This document shows positions 56,371 to 56,374 of a stretch of DNA of 56,374 bases, piece by piece; the first letter of the stretch is position 1; each line of letters starts with the position of its first letter. The notes under the pieces were generated by a model. The model was not told where the DNA came from and did not search any database. It saw nothing but the letters and a program-made list of their open reading frames with translations. A program made the position numbers and the translations under genes. The DNA comes from a virus (lineage: Duplodnaviria > Caudoviricetes): the IMG/VR virus record IMGVR_UViG_3300033273_000167, positions 1-56,374 of that record; one strand, given 5' to 3'.

Positions 56371-56374
56371 TGAC

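Noticed and set aside
56270-56374. Unusual tRNA T-arms and Thr(GGU) anticodon as biological novelty
   Set aside because: The anomalies accumulate in the last ~100 nt of the window, consistent with low-quality end sequence.

Overview
A 56-kb segment of a T4-like marine cyanomyovirus genome (Kyanoviridae-type; the host is probably Synechococcus or Prochlorococcus, inferred from gene content). Nearly all genes are on the + strand. The window contains the head/tail core (3' part of gp17, gp18-gp23, gp3), recombination, late-transcription and replication genes (uvsY, uvsW, gp55, gp47/46, gp45/44/62, regA, gp43, uvsX, gp41, gp61, nrdA/B), and accessory genes (vWA/peptidase plus CobS-like AAA+, speD, dam, hsp20, mazG, an HxGH nucleotidyltransferase). 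It also has several free-standing nucleases, a cluster of membrane/exported proteins and four tRNAs (one damaged). The most notable observations are: (i) a tRNA-Ala locus with a second tRNA 3' half from a different allele, each copy followed by a paralogue of a PD-(D/E)XK-like gene; (ii) an endonuclease flanked by an exact 20-bp duplication of the gp44 stop/RBS junction; (iii) an AT-rich Pol-beta-type nucleotidyltransferase inserted after regA; (iv) a ROSE-like thermometer hairpin on hsp20; (v) a consensus antisense promoter upstream of gp55; (vi) several structured RNA candidates; (vii) a minus-strand exported-protein gene with no obvious start codon. Both window ends look unreliable. All calls come from motif recognition and synteny by eye; no database searches were run.
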